Virus record (IMG/VR): IMGVR_UViG_3300013936_000003
Location: 1-61,121 of that record
Length of the DNA stretch: 61,121 bases
DNA from: a virus
Strand: one strand, 5' to 3'
Below, piece after piece: positions 21,739 to 30,838 of the stretch. The notes under the pieces are model-generated. The model made no database searches. It saw nothing but the letters and a program-made list of their open reading frames with translations, and was not told the origin of the DNA. Position numbers and translations under genes: made by a program. How positions within the stretch are numbered: the stretch's first letter is position 1; each line of letters opens with the position of its first letter.

Positions 21739-23470
21739 TCCGCTTTTCGTCTGTGAGACGCCTAACACCTACCGCCTCAGCTTCAGCTATAATCGCAGTC
21801 TTGTAGACCTCATCAAACGAGTGCCCAGCAAGCCGAGATATGATGCCGAGGACAAAGTTTGGGTTGTGGCGAAGAAGTCGCCGCAGTACCCGCTTGAGAG
21901 GCCGGCAGCGTGGTATGTCGACGCATTCGCAGCGTGGGCGGTCGAAAACCGGTACTGCTCCTGCGTCAGGCGGAGCAGCGACGAGAAGGACAGCGCTTTT
22001 GAGCTGCCGAAGATGAGTCCGTTAAGGGGTGAGCACTATATGAGGCTCGCCCCTTATCCTTTCCAGGCCGAGGGCGTGCAGTATGCGCTCGACCACAAGC
22101 GCTGCATTTTCGGAGACCAGCCGGGTCTTGGCAAAACGCTGCAGGCCATTTGCGCAGTTGTCAAGGCGCACAAGGAGGCGGCCGTGTACGGCGACACCTC
22201 CCCCACTCTTGTAATCTGCCCGGCATCGCTGAAGATCAATTGGCAGCGTGAGTTTGAGAAGTTCGCCGGCAAGGAGGCGATAATCCTTGACGACAATAAC
22301 GCCAAGGACTGGCAGCGCTACTATGAGATGCACAACGCCTACGACGATCCGATAGCTGATGTGTTCATCACCAATTACGAGAGTTTGAAAAAGTTCTTCG
22401 TGGTCGGCATCAAGCCGCAATCGAGGCTGACGCTCAAGAGCATCACCTTCGACAAGCGCATATCTCTGTTTAAGAGCGTCATCATTGACGAGAGCCACAA
22501 GTGCAAGTCGAGCAAGACGCAGCAGAGCAAGTTTGTTGAGGGCATCTGCAAGGGCAAGCAGTGGGTGTTCGCCCTCACCGGCACGCCCGTTGTAAACTCC
22601 AACGTTGACCTCATTCAGCAGTTGAGGGTGCTCGGGAGGCTCGATGACTTCGGCGGCTACAAAAAGTTTATGGAGCGCTACTGCGACGGCCCGAAAATGA
22701 GCAGCCGCAACAAGGAGCTTAACTACTACCTGTGGCGCAACTGCTTTTTCCGCCGTGAAAAGGCGGCAGTGCTCACCGAGTTGCCCGAAAAGAGCCGCCA
22801 GTACATCACCACCGACATCACAAACCGCAAGGAGTACAACGACGCCGAGCGTGACCTCATCGCCTATCTGCGTGAATACAAGCAGGCAGACGACGAGAAG
22901 GTGATGCGTGCGATGCGTGGCGAGGTGATGGTGCGTATGGGCGTGCTCAAACAAATCAGCGCCCGAGGCAAAATCAAGGCCGTGTGCGACTTCGTGCACG
23001 ACATCATTGACGGCGGCGAGAAATTCATCTTATTCGCATACCTCAAAGAGGTGGTAGAGGCGCTCAAGAAGGAGTTCCCCGGGGCGGTCACCGTCACGGG
23101 CAGCGACAATGTGTCTCAAAAGCAGGCAGCCGTCGACGCTTTCCAGAACGACGACAGCGTGAAACTCATCATACTCAACTACAAGAGCGGCGGCACCGGC
23201 CTGACGCTCACGGCGGCAAGCCGTGTCGGGTTCATCGAGTTCCCGTGGACGTATGCCGACTGCGAGCAGGCCGAGGACAGAGCCCACCGCAACGGGCAGA
23301 AAAAAAACGTCAACTGCTATTACTTTATCGGTGACAAGACCATTGACCGCTATATGTACAAAGTCATTCAGAGCAAGAAGAAAATCGCCAACGAGGTGAC
23401 CGGCACGACGACGCAGATAGACGAGGACATCGTCAACTTGACGATGAGCCTTTTTACAGATAAACTTTAA
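21731..23470 (+). CDS. SNF2-family helicase with a HARP-like N-terminal domain (annealing-helicase type)
   Basis: YNRSLVDLIKRVPSKPRYDAEDKVWVV; GLGKT; DESHKCK; TGTPV; EDRAHRNGQ. Confidence 0.85.
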   Translation: MISPLFVCETPNTYRLSFSYNRSLVDLIKRVPSKPRYDAEDKVWVVAKKSPQYPLERPAAWYVDAFAAWAVENRYCSCVRRSSDEKDSAFELPKMSPLRGEHYMRLAPYPFQAEGVQYALDHKRCIFGDQPGLGKTLQAICAVVKAHKEAAVYGDTSPTLVICPASLKINWQREFEKFAGKEAIILDDNNAKDWQRYYEMHNAYDDPIADVFITNYESLKKFFVVGIKPQSRLTLKSITFDKRISLFKSVIIDESHKCKSSKTQQSKFVEGICKGKQWVFALTGTPVVNSNVDLIQQLRVLGRLDDFGGYKKFMERYCDGPKMSSRNKELNYYLWRNCFFRREKAAVLTELPEKSRQYITTDITNRKEYNDAERDLIAYLREYKQADDEKVMRAMRGEVMVRMGVLKQISARGKIKAVCDFVHDIIDGGEKFILFAYLKEVVEALKKEFPGAVTVTGSDNVSQKQAAVDAFQNDDSVKLIILNYKSGGTGLTLTAASRVGFIEFPWTYADCEQAEDRAHRNGQKKNVNCYYFIGDKTIDRYMYKVIQSKKKIANEVTGTTTQIDEDIVNLTMSLFTDKL

Positions 23471-23484
23471 CAACGCACAAGACT

Positions 23485-23922
23485 ATGACTGAGGAAGACA
23501 TCAGAGCGCTGGAGATGCGCTACAGCGAGAGCAAGATACAGCACATCTGCGTGTGCTGGTTCAGGCGCACGCACCCGGAAATCGGCAGTCTGCTGTATGC
23601 CGTGCCCAACGGAGGCGCACGGACGCCCACAGCGGCTGCGATGATGAAGTATGAGGGGGCAGTGAGCGGCGTTGCCGACCTCTGCCTGGCCGTTGAGAAG
23701 TCTCTCTACATTGAGATGAAGGTGCCCAAGCGCCCTGGCAGCAGCGCCGGACGCCAAAGCGCCAATCAGAAGGAGTGGGGAGCGCTGGCCGAGCGGCACG
23801 GCAACCGCTATGTCGTTTGCCACGGCATAGCCGAGTTCGTGCGGGCGGTTTGCACCCACCTCAACGAGGACGCCGAAGCCGCCATGAAGGAAGTGTGCGA
23901 CAAATACCCTACCTACCGATGA
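23485..23922 (+). CDS. VRR-NUC nuclease
   Basis: VPNGG...GVADLCLAVEKSLYIEMKVP...QKEW. Confidence 0.8.
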   Translation: MTEEDIRALEMRYSESKIQHICVCWFRRTHPEIGSLLYAVPNGGARTPTAAAMMKYEGAVSGVADLCLAVEKSLYIEMKVPKRPGSSAGRQSANQKEWGALAERHGNRYVVCHGIAEFVRAVCTHLNEDAEAAMKEVCDKYPTYR

Positions 23923-24863
23923 GCAGCTGGATTAAATTGAGCAGAAAAATCCTTGAGTGGGAGTGGTACGATGACCTGCCCACGCTCAAGGTGTTTATTC
24001 ATTTGTTGCTCACCGCCAATTACGAGCCCAGGAAGTGGCACGGCATAATTGTAGAGCGTGGCCAATTGGTTTGCAGCGTGGCCTCTTTGGCCGCCGATTG
24101 CGGCCTGACAAGCAAGCAAACGAGGCGAGCCCTTGATAATTTGGAAGCAACTCAAGTCGTGGGCAAACGAACAACGACCGCATACACCATCATAACTATT
24201 TGTAATTATGATGTTTATCAATGCGAAAGCAACGATAACAATTTGATAGAGGGCAAACAAAGGGCAAACGAAGGGCAAACAAAAGGGCAAACAAAGGGCA
24301 AACAAAAGGGCAAACAAAGGGCAAACGAACACAATCACTCAACCATTTGTGTTGATGGTAGTTACGAGCTGCCAAGCGAGCAGTTAGGGCAAACGAAGGG
24401 CAAACGAGAGGGCAAACAAAGGGCAAGCGAGAGGGCAACACCTAAAGAAAATAATATAGTATTATCTCCTTCACTTCGTTCAGTCGATAATACTTCTGTT
24501 GGTGTTGCTGACGCACGTGCGTGCGCACGAGGCGAAGCCATTGCAAAATTGCGCTCAGAAGTCTACAACTCTCAGCTTAACGCCGAGAGGGCTATGATGG
24601 CGATAGGCGTCACCGACAAGGTGCGCTATCTCCAAATGTGCGAGGAGGTGTTGGCCGAATGGTCACTGACTGCTGAGGCCGATGACGTCAATTGGCGGCA
24701 TCTCATCAACCAGCTAAGAATTAAGGCCGCCGCCGAACGGCGGCAGCCGAAAACGAAACAGAGCAAAGAGGAATGGCGGCAAAGCCACATGGCAGCCGCC
24801 CAGGCCGCTTTGCTCAGAATACAAAATCGAGCAAATGGAATTGATACCGACAAGACGAGCTGA
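23919..24863 (+). CDS. replisome organizer / replication initiator (DnaD-like winged helix N-terminus)
   Basis: WIKLSRKILEWEWYDDLPTLKVFIHLLLTANY...SVASLAADCGLTSKQTRRALDNLE; carries internal iterons. Confidence 0.75.
   Translation: MSSWIKLSRKILEWEWYDDLPTLKVFIHLLLTANYEPRKWHGIIVERGQLVCSVASLAADCGLTSKQTRRALDNLEATQVVGKRTTTAYTIITICNYDVYQCESNDNNLIEGKQRANEGQTKGQTKGKQKGKQRANEHNHSTICVDGSYELPSEQLGQTKGKREGKQRASERATPKENNIVLSPSLRSVDNTSVGVADARACARGEAIAKLRSEVYNSQLNAERAMMAIGVTDKVRYLQMCEEVLAEWSLTAEADDVNWRHLINQLRIKAAAERRQPKTKQSKEEWRQSHMAAAQAALLRIQNRANGIDTDKTS
24251..24329. repeat. iteron block 1: 7 copies of GGGCAAAC(A/G)AA(A) at 11-12 bp spacing
   Basis: Copies start at 24251, 24262, 24273, 24285, 24296, 24308 and 24319. 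Confidence 0.85.
24387..24440. repeat. iteron block 2: 5 copies of GGGCAA(A/G)C at 11-12 bp spacing, followed by an AT-rich stretch
   Basis: Copies start at 24387, 24398, 24410, 24421 and 24433. Confidence 0.8.
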
Positions 24864-25446
24864 CGAAGTGCCGGCGGCTCTTGACCCACGCTGCACGGCA
24901 ATCAAATTGCGCTACGGCAACATATCGCAATGGGTGGGCAGATGGTCACCGACTAAACTTCAAGCCATACACGACAACATAGGCCGATGTGTCGAAGCCG
25001 GCGTGCCGTCGCTTGTGATGGCAATCAAGGCATACGGCAAGGAGAGCATCACCGACCAAATTGCGGTTTTTTGCAACGCAGCGATTTGTGCGATGGGCGA
25101 AACCAACGCCGATCCCAACGATGCCGCATTCATAGCCTCAGCGATTTGCGACAGCGACGAGGCCCGCACCCTCAACTTCGCCTACGTGCTCAACTTCTTT
25201 CACGAGCTAAAACAAGGCAAATGGAATGTGTACGGCGGCAAGCCGCATCAGTTCATGAGGGCGTTCAACGAGTATTGCCAGCAGGCACGGCGGCTTCAGG
25301 TTGAGGCCAGCGACCGCATCGAGCGTGATGCCAAGCGCAAAGCCGATGCCGAACACGCCAGGTCGGCAATGAATTTCGATGAGTACCGCAAAGCAAAGGG
25401 ACTGGGCGATGACATCAAAAATCCTCTTGACATCTTAGGCTTATGA
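24835..25446 (+). CDS. hypothetical protein (replication-module neighbour)
   Basis: ORF 203 aa. Confidence 0.65.
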   Translation: MELIPTRRADEVPAALDPRCTAIKLRYGNISQWVGRWSPTKLQAIHDNIGRCVEAGVPSLVMAIKAYGKESITDQIAVFCNAAICAMGETNADPNDAAFIASAICDSDEARTLNFAYVLNFFHELKQGKWNVYGGKPHQFMRAFNEYCQQARRLQVEASDRIERDAKRKADAEHARSAMNFDEYRKAKGLGDDIKNPLDILGL

Positions 25447-25670
25447 AGGCAGTCATTTGCTGGAAGACGAAAGACAGGCAGACGATCGAGCGCATACGGC
25501 AGCACGCAGGAGTGCCCCACTACACCACTCTCAATGGCCTGTCGCCCTGGGAGGGCGATGAAAAAGTGTACAAATGGCTCAAGGAGTGTGCCAGGATGGG
25601 TCTGCTGAGGATATGGCCGTGCGAATGGACGCACAACGGCAGCACATATTCATTCAATAAATCAACGTAG
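25443..25670 (+). CDS. hypothetical protein
   Basis: ORF 75 aa, ATGA coupling. Confidence 0.6.
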   Translation: MKAVICWKTKDRQTIERIRQHAGVPHYTTLNGLSPWEGDEKVYKWLKECARMGLLRIWPCEWTHNGSTYSFNKST

Positions 25671-25817
25671 AGCCGCCAAAGAGCCACGCTAAGCGATTTT
25701 TGCTATTCAGACGATAAAGTTATAAGCCAAACAAAAATAACGCCTTAGAAAGCGTTAAAAAGAGTTTGCGGTAGGCTTTTTAAGACAAATCTGCTTGCAA
25801 ACTATGAATTAAAGGTT

Positions 25818-25825
25818 TAATTTTG
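25818..25825 (+). promoter_or_regulatory. -7 box TAATTTTG(TAT)
   Basis: Matches TAnnTTTG, 31 nt upstream of the ATG at 25856. Confidence 0.55.
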
Positions 25826-25855
25826 TATCAGTAAACAATTAATATATAACAAGTT

Positions 25856-26197
25856 ATGACAACAGAAGAATTATTCAAGCGAATTAAAGGTGTGGCAAAA
25901 GAGGTTGCCGCCGAGAAAAATCTGTCAGTTCTGATTTCTGACAGGACCGACACGTTTCAGATGGGCGCAAAAGACGAGCTCGACAAGAGCGTGTATGTCT
26001 ACAGCTACCCCTGTAATGTCGGCATTCACTACCTCTGCCGGGCCGGCAAGTTCTCGCTGTCCTACCGCATCAGCGACGGCAAGGTGCGCCTTAACAGCTA
26101 CACGATTTTCCCCGATGACGAGGAGGCCGACATCGAGGCCTTTGTGATGCCGATGAAGCGTTTGAAAAACCGAATAAAAAAAGAACTCAAGAAATGA
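25856..26197 (+). CDS. hypothetical protein
   Basis: ORF 113 aa. Confidence 0.65.
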   Translation: MTTEELFKRIKGVAKEVAAEKNLSVLISDRTDTFQMGAKDELDKSVYVYSYPCNVGIHYLCRAGKFSLSYRISDGKVRLNSYTIFPDDEEADIEAFVMPMKRLKNRIKKELKK

Positions 26198-27738
26198 ACG
26201 AGATAAAGAATATAGCGCTGGCGGAAATCGAGCCGTCACCGCTTAACCCACGCAAGACCTTCGACGATGCTCCGCTGCAATCACTCGCAGCGAACATCAA
26301 GGCACAGGGGCTTTTGCAGCCCATCACCATCAGGCCCAAGGACGGGCACTATGAGATTGTGTGCGGCGAGCGCCGCTACCGGGCGGTCAAGATGCTGGGC
26401 TACGAGAGTGTGCCCGCCATCGTGCGAGACCTCAACGATGCCGACGCCTACGACGCAATGATTACCGAAAATCTCAACCGAGAGGATGTTTCACCAGTCG
26501 AGGAGGCCTTTGCGTTTGCACGCCTCAAGGAGCGTGGCGATGATGTGAAGGACATTGCCGCAAGATTTGGCCGCAGTGTCAGATTTGTGCAAGACCGCAT
26601 GCGGCTCAACGACCTCATAGCGCCGCTGATGCTGAAGCTGCGTGACGGCGTGCTGCCCATTGGGGGTGCCATGCAGCTTGCAAAACTCGACAAAGAGAGC
26701 CAGGAGGCCTTTGCCGAGGAGATAGCCGACGAAAAGGAAACCATAGCCGCCTACCGCATCGACGGCTACATCAACAAGCGCTTCCGCTACCTTGCATGCA
26801 AGCCGTGGGCGGACGACTTCAAGGGGCCGTGCGGCGTTGAGTGCTCCAAGTGCAGCGCCAACACCATCAATGCCGGCTGCCTGTTCTACGAGATGCGCAC
26901 AACCGAGGACAACGCACGCTGCACTCTTGGCGGGCGGTTTACCGCCAAGAACGAGGCGTGGTGGCAGCACATTGTCGACGAGTATAAGGCCGACCTTGTG
27001 AAGAAGGGCGAGGGCCTGGAAGTCGGGAAAACCGTCATCGTGTACAACGTCAATTACGGACAGCTTCAAGGCGCCGCCAAGGCGTTCATCGAGCGGCTTG
27101 GCAAGACCTACGAGGTGGCCGAGGCCAACGAACTGTTCAGCGGCTGGTCGAAGTACAATGAGGACGATGAGCGGCTCAAAGAGAAATTGAAGGACGGCAA
27201 GGCGATGCGCTGTCTGCGGATAGTAGTTGACTGGCAAGGTTCATTTGAGCTGTATGATGATTATGGCGAGGTGAGGCCGCCGCAGGAGGGCAGCCAAAAG
27301 GACGCCGCTGAGGCGATGGGCATTGTCGCCAAAAAGAACGACCTTGTGCGCAAGAGCGATGCCGACCTCAGCGCCGCATGCGGCGCAATGCTTCGAGACC
27401 ACGTGCTGGGAGATGCACCGCTGACAGACAACGAGCGTGTCGTCGCCTTGGCGTGCATCATCGCCCAGGACTGGCAGCGCCGGGCCGACTGCCTGACGCT
27501 TGCGAGAAAGAGCCTCAACAATCAAGCTAATTATATCAGAGCGTTCATCAGCAGCTACCTCAGCGGACAGCGTGACGGAGAGTTGTACGAAGCCCAGCGA
27601 CTCGTCGCACAGGAGTGGGAGCCTGAAAAATTCAAGGCGGCATATACCGAGAGCGCTGAGAAACTCGATAAAAAGACGAGCAAACTGAAAGAGCGTCTCG
27701 CAGCGCTCGGGTATGACGAGGAGGGCAAAAGGCTATGA
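26194..27738 (+). CDS. ParB-like protein (N-terminal ParB/Srx domain with GERRxRA box plus HTH) with a ~300-aa Cys-containing C-terminal extension
   Basis: IALAEIEPSPLNPRK...IVCGERRYRAVKMLG...ITENLNREDVSPVEEA...DIAARFGRSVRFVQDRMRL. Confidence 0.85.
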   Translation: MNEIKNIALAEIEPSPLNPRKTFDDAPLQSLAANIKAQGLLQPITIRPKDGHYEIVCGERRYRAVKMLGYESVPAIVRDLNDADAYDAMITENLNREDVSPVEEAFAFARLKERGDDVKDIAARFGRSVRFVQDRMRLNDLIAPLMLKLRDGVLPIGGAMQLAKLDKESQEAFAEEIADEKETIAAYRIDGYINKRFRYLACKPWADDFKGPCGVECSKCSANTINAGCLFYEMRTTEDNARCTLGGRFTAKNEAWWQHIVDEYKADLVKKGEGLEVGKTVIVYNVNYGQLQGAAKAFIERLGKTYEVAEANELFSGWSKYNEDDERLKEKLKDGKAMRCLRIVVDWQGSFELYDDYGEVRPPQEGSQKDAAEAMGIVAKKNDLVRKSDADLSAACGAMLRDHVLGDAPLTDNERVVALACIIAQDWQRRADCLTLARKSLNNQANYIRAFISSYLSGQRDGELYEAQRLVAQEWEPEKFKAAYTESAEKLDKKTSKLKERLAALGYDEEGKRL

Positions 27739-28505
27739 ACGCAACAGCGGAAGAATGCCAAAAGATGGCGTTGAAGGAATTCGGCTCAATGCACCAGTAT
27801 GGCAAGGGCGTGGAAGAGGCGTTCTTCGAGGCGATAGACGATTACTTCACCACCTTTGAGGTTCACAACCTTCGTAAGTTCAATTACGACTACGATGCCG
27901 TGATTGAAGACTTGCGCAAGCGCAGCGAGGTAGACTTCAACGTGCTGCAATACTGGACGCTTGCGACCAACACCTCGCTCGAGGCGGGCAAGGCGCTTGA
28001 CTTTTGGGGCGGCCTTTACGAAGCCTATATGCAGAGCGCAGGCAAGGCCCGGGCGTTTGCTCAGTTCTTCACACCAGTGAGCGTTGCAGAGTTATGCGCC
28101 AAGGTTGCTGAGACCGGCCGTGACGGCGTATACAATGACCCGGCATGCGGCTCGGGTCGTCTGCTTCTCGCCCATTTCACCACTGTCGACAAGAGCAGGT
28201 TTCACTACTATGTCGGCGAAGACCTTGACGAGCAGAGCTGCAAGATGTGCGCCTTGAACATGATGATGAACGGCATGTTTGGACAAGTGATCAAACAGAA
28301 CACGTTGACGCAAGAAGTATATTGGGGCGTGGAAATCAACGAGGGCATGTATCCCCTGCCTGGAGGTTTGCCGACGCTGAGGCTGATGAGCGTCGATGAG
28401 GCGGCCGCAAGCCGTGCGAAACGAGCAGAGCGTGCCGCAAAGCGTGCGTATGCAAAAGAGGAAAAGAATGACAGGCCGCAGCAGAGCGGCCGAAATCTGT
28501 TTTGA
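27735..28505 (+). CDS. HsdM-like N6-adenine methyltransferase fragment (SAM-binding half only; no NPPF/Y catalytic motif)
   Basis: AQFFTPVSVAELC, NDPACGSGRLLL, GEDLDEQSCKMCALNMMMNG are present; no (N/D)PP(F/Y/W) anywhere. Confidence 0.7.
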   Translation: MNATAEECQKMALKEFGSMHQYGKGVEEAFFEAIDDYFTTFEVHNLRKFNYDYDAVIEDLRKRSEVDFNVLQYWTLATNTSLEAGKALDFWGGLYEAYMQSAGKARAFAQFFTPVSVAELCAKVAETGRDGVYNDPACGSGRLLLAHFTTVDKSRFHYYVGEDLDEQSCKMCALNMMMNGMFGQVIKQNTLTQEVYWGVEINEGMYPLPGGLPTLRLMSVDEAAASRAKRAERAAKRAYAKEEKNDRPQQSGRNLF

Positions 28506-28507
28506 CA

Positions 28508-28798
28508 ATGATAAAATTGAACAAGCTGGCCGATTTTATTTACAAAACGGCCATCAGACGAGGGAAGATAAGGGACAGCAGCAGCCCAATGGTGGCCATC
28601 GCCCAAATCTCCTCTGAATGGCGTGAGTTGTGGGAGGCCACCAACGCCAGCAGCGAGCACCTCCCGGCATACAGCGAAAAGGAGGAGGAGGCCGCCGATG
28701 TGATAATAGCGACGATAAGTTTTCTCAAGCACATCGGCTGCGACGACATTGAGGCCCTGCTGCGTGCAAAAATAGCTTACAACAGCCAGCGGCAATGA
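28508..28798 (+). CDS. MazG-like nucleotide pyrophosphohydrolase
   Basis: ISSEWRELWEA...EKEEEAADVIIATISFLKHIG. Confidence 0.7.
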   Translation: MIKLNKLADFIYKTAIRRGKIRDSSSPMVAIAQISSEWRELWEATNASSEHLPAYSEKEEEAADVIIATISFLKHIGCDDIEALLRAKIAYNSQRQ

Positions 28799-28842
28799 CA
28801 CCGCCGCTGCCATAAATAGTGAAGTTTAATTTGTGAAGTTTT

Positions 28843-29517
28843 ATGGAGAGAATTGAAAATTTATCAGTCAAGCTGCTCGACCTCAACAGCGGGCAGCTGA
28901 AAGGGCTTCCACGAAACCCGAGGTTTATAAGGGACGAGCGCTTTGACGCCTTGAAGAAGAGCATCAGCGACAGCCCAGAGATGCTCGGGCTGCGTGAGCT
29001 GATTGTGTTTCCGCTGCTCAGCCGCTACGTGGTCGTGTGCGGCAACATGCGCCTGAGGGCGTGCCGTGAGCTCGGCTACAAGGAGCTGCCGTGCAAGGTG
29101 CTGCCTGCCGACACACCGCCGAAGAAGTTGCGGGAATACGCAGTGAAGGACAATGTGGCTTTTGGCGAGGACGACAAGGACGACTTCGCCAACGACTGGG
29201 ACAAGGCCGAGCTCGTTGACTGGGGCATGGAATTTCCCGAGCCGAAGCCGAAGGACGCCTTCCGCAAGCGGTTTGAGGCCATCACCGACGACACCGCCGT
29301 CTACCCCATCGTGCCGAAATACGACGAGAAGCACGAGCTGTTTGTCATCGAGAGCGGCAGCGAAGTGGACAGCAACTGGCTGCGTGAGCGGCTGGGCATG
29401 CAGAAGATGGTGAGCTACAAGACCGGAAAGGTTGGCAAGAGCAATGTCATCAACATTAAGGACGTGAGGAGGGCGCTGGGCGATGAGAGTAGTGATACCG
29501 AGCCACAAGAGGCCTGA
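28843..29517 (+). CDS. ParB-like nuclease-domain protein
   Basis: LPRNPRFIRDERFDALKKSI...VVVCGNMRLRACRELG. Confidence 0.8.
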   Translation: MERIENLSVKLLDLNSGQLKGLPRNPRFIRDERFDALKKSISDSPEMLGLRELIVFPLLSRYVVVCGNMRLRACRELGYKELPCKVLPADTPPKKLREYAVKDNVAFGEDDKDDFANDWDKAELVDWGMEFPEPKPKDAFRKRFEAITDDTAVYPIVPKYDEKHELFVIESGSEVDSNWLRERLGMQKMVSYKTGKVGKSNVINIKDVRRALGDESSDTEPQEA

Positions 29518-30229
29518 CAGGGTCTTGTGCAAGGCGCTCCTTACCGACCCTATAATCTGCGTGCCGAAGTCCCAACAGGCCTCATACGAGCGCTGCAACC
29601 CCGGCTGCGAGATAGTCACCCACCCCGACAGCGTGGTGGGGCTCATCCCGAAGCGGAACTGGATAGCCAGGCACTTCGGCGATGTGTTCATGGTCGACGA
29701 CGATGTGGACTGCCTCAAATATCTTGCCGCCAGCCCTGGCGAGAGCAGTGTAATCAGAGAGCCGTCAAAGGTGATGGGCATCATCACTTCGCTGCACGAC
29801 TTGGCCGAGATGCTCGACATACACCTCTACGGCTTCACGCCACGCTATGCGCCAATGATGTACGAGGGCACGAGCTTCTACTCGCTGAGCAGCATGATTA
29901 CCGGGTGCAGCTACGGCGTGCGGCCGAGCAAAAACGTGCGCTGGAATGAGGAGCTGAAATTGAAGGAGGACTTTTGGATCAGCTGCTACATCAAGTACAA
30001 GGAGCGTAGGGTGCTGACTGATTTGCGCTACTCTTTTTTGCAGAAGGGCACATTTGTGTCCTCGGGCGGTTTGGCTGCCATTCGCAACCAGGCTGAGGAG
30101 CAGAGGTCGATTTTGCTTATGCGCAAGTACTTTGGCGAGAGCGTGAGGCTCAAGGGCGCCGGGAACAACGGAAAGGAGGCCACACGCTCAAGGGTGCAGT
30201 ACAACATCACCGTTAAATTTCCATTCTAA
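29483..30229 (+). CDS. GT-A-like nucleotide-sugar transferase candidate (DxD)
   Basis: MRVVIPSHKRPDRV...VFMVDDDVD. Confidence 0.5.
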   Translation: MRVVIPSHKRPDRVLCKALLTDPIICVPKSQQASYERCNPGCEIVTHPDSVVGLIPKRNWIARHFGDVFMVDDDVDCLKYLAASPGESSVIREPSKVMGIITSLHDLAEMLDIHLYGFTPRYAPMMYEGTSFYSLSSMITGCSYGVRPSKNVRWNEELKLKEDFWISCYIKYKERRVLTDLRYSFLQKGTFVSSGGLAAIRNQAEEQRSILLMRKYFGESVRLKGAGNNGKEATRSRVQYNITVKFPF

Positions 30230-30246
30230 GAGTTAATAAGTTTGTT

Positions 30247-30272
30247 TAACTCGCTGAAAATCGCTAATTTAG
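30247..30272 (+). promoter_or_regulatory. class-2 intergenic box TAACTCGCTGAAAATCGCTAATTTAG
   Basis: Near-identical to 18685..18710. Confidence 0.55.
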
Positions 30273-30301
30273 TGGATTGAAATTAAACAATTGATTTAAC
30301 T

Positions 30302-30838
30302 ATGATTTTACGGACAATTAACGGGTATGACTTTTTCGAGTGCGCTTCGGCGATGCAGAAGGCCATCAGGCGTGCGGATGTCCGCACGGGCGGTTTTTTC
30401 GCCCTTGAGTTGTGGACGAGCGGCTATCGTGATTACGTGTGGCGGCGGCTTTTCACCATCTCGGCCGAGGACTGCTACGGCCTCATCACTCAAGAGATTG
30501 AGGCGCTGTGGCAGGGTCACGAGCTGGTGAACAAGACGGCCAAGGAGCCGAAGGGCAGAATTTTTGTGAGCAAGGCAGTGGTTTTGCTCTGCGAGTGCCG
30601 CAAGAGCAGGGACGCCGACCACTTGCAGAATTTTGTCTACGACAAGAAATTGTGCGATGCGGCCAAGTGGCTGGAAGACGCCAGGCGTGACCCGCTGCCG
30701 ATACCTCCCTACACCTACGACTGCCACACCAGGGCTGGGAAGAAGAGAGGGCGCACGAAGGAGGAGTTTTTCAAAGAGGAACTCGCAGCCCTCAAGCCGA
30801 GGGTGCGTGGATTGTTTGACGATTTAATTGAGGAATAA
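30302..30838 (+). CDS. stand-alone MgsA/RarA C-terminal-domain-like protein
   Basis: ECASAMQKAIRRADVRTGGFFALELWTSGYRDYVWRRLFTISAEDCYGLI resembles the MgsA_C pattern. Confidence 0.6.
   Translation: MILRTINGYDFFECASAMQKAIRRADVRTGGFFALELWTSGYRDYVWRRLFTISAEDCYGLITQEIEALWQGHELVNKTAKEPKGRIFVSKAVVLLCECRKSRDADHLQNFVYDKKLCDAAKWLEDARRDPLPIPPYTYDCHTRAGKKRGRTKEEFFKEELAALKPRVRGLFDDLIEE

Noticed and set aside
24251-24440. Regularly spaced GGGCAAAC repeats, considered as a possible CRISPR array
   Set aside because: The repeat unit is only 11-12 bp with no spacers, and it lies in-frame inside a replication-initiator CDS. This is the behaviour of origin iterons, not CRISPR repeats.
26194-27738. Interpreting the ParB-like gene as proof of a plasmid-prophage lifestyle
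   Set aside because: There is no ParA/ParM partner and I recognised no parS-like repeat array, while a complete integrase/repressor/excisionase module is present. The ParB fold is also widely used in non-partition roles.
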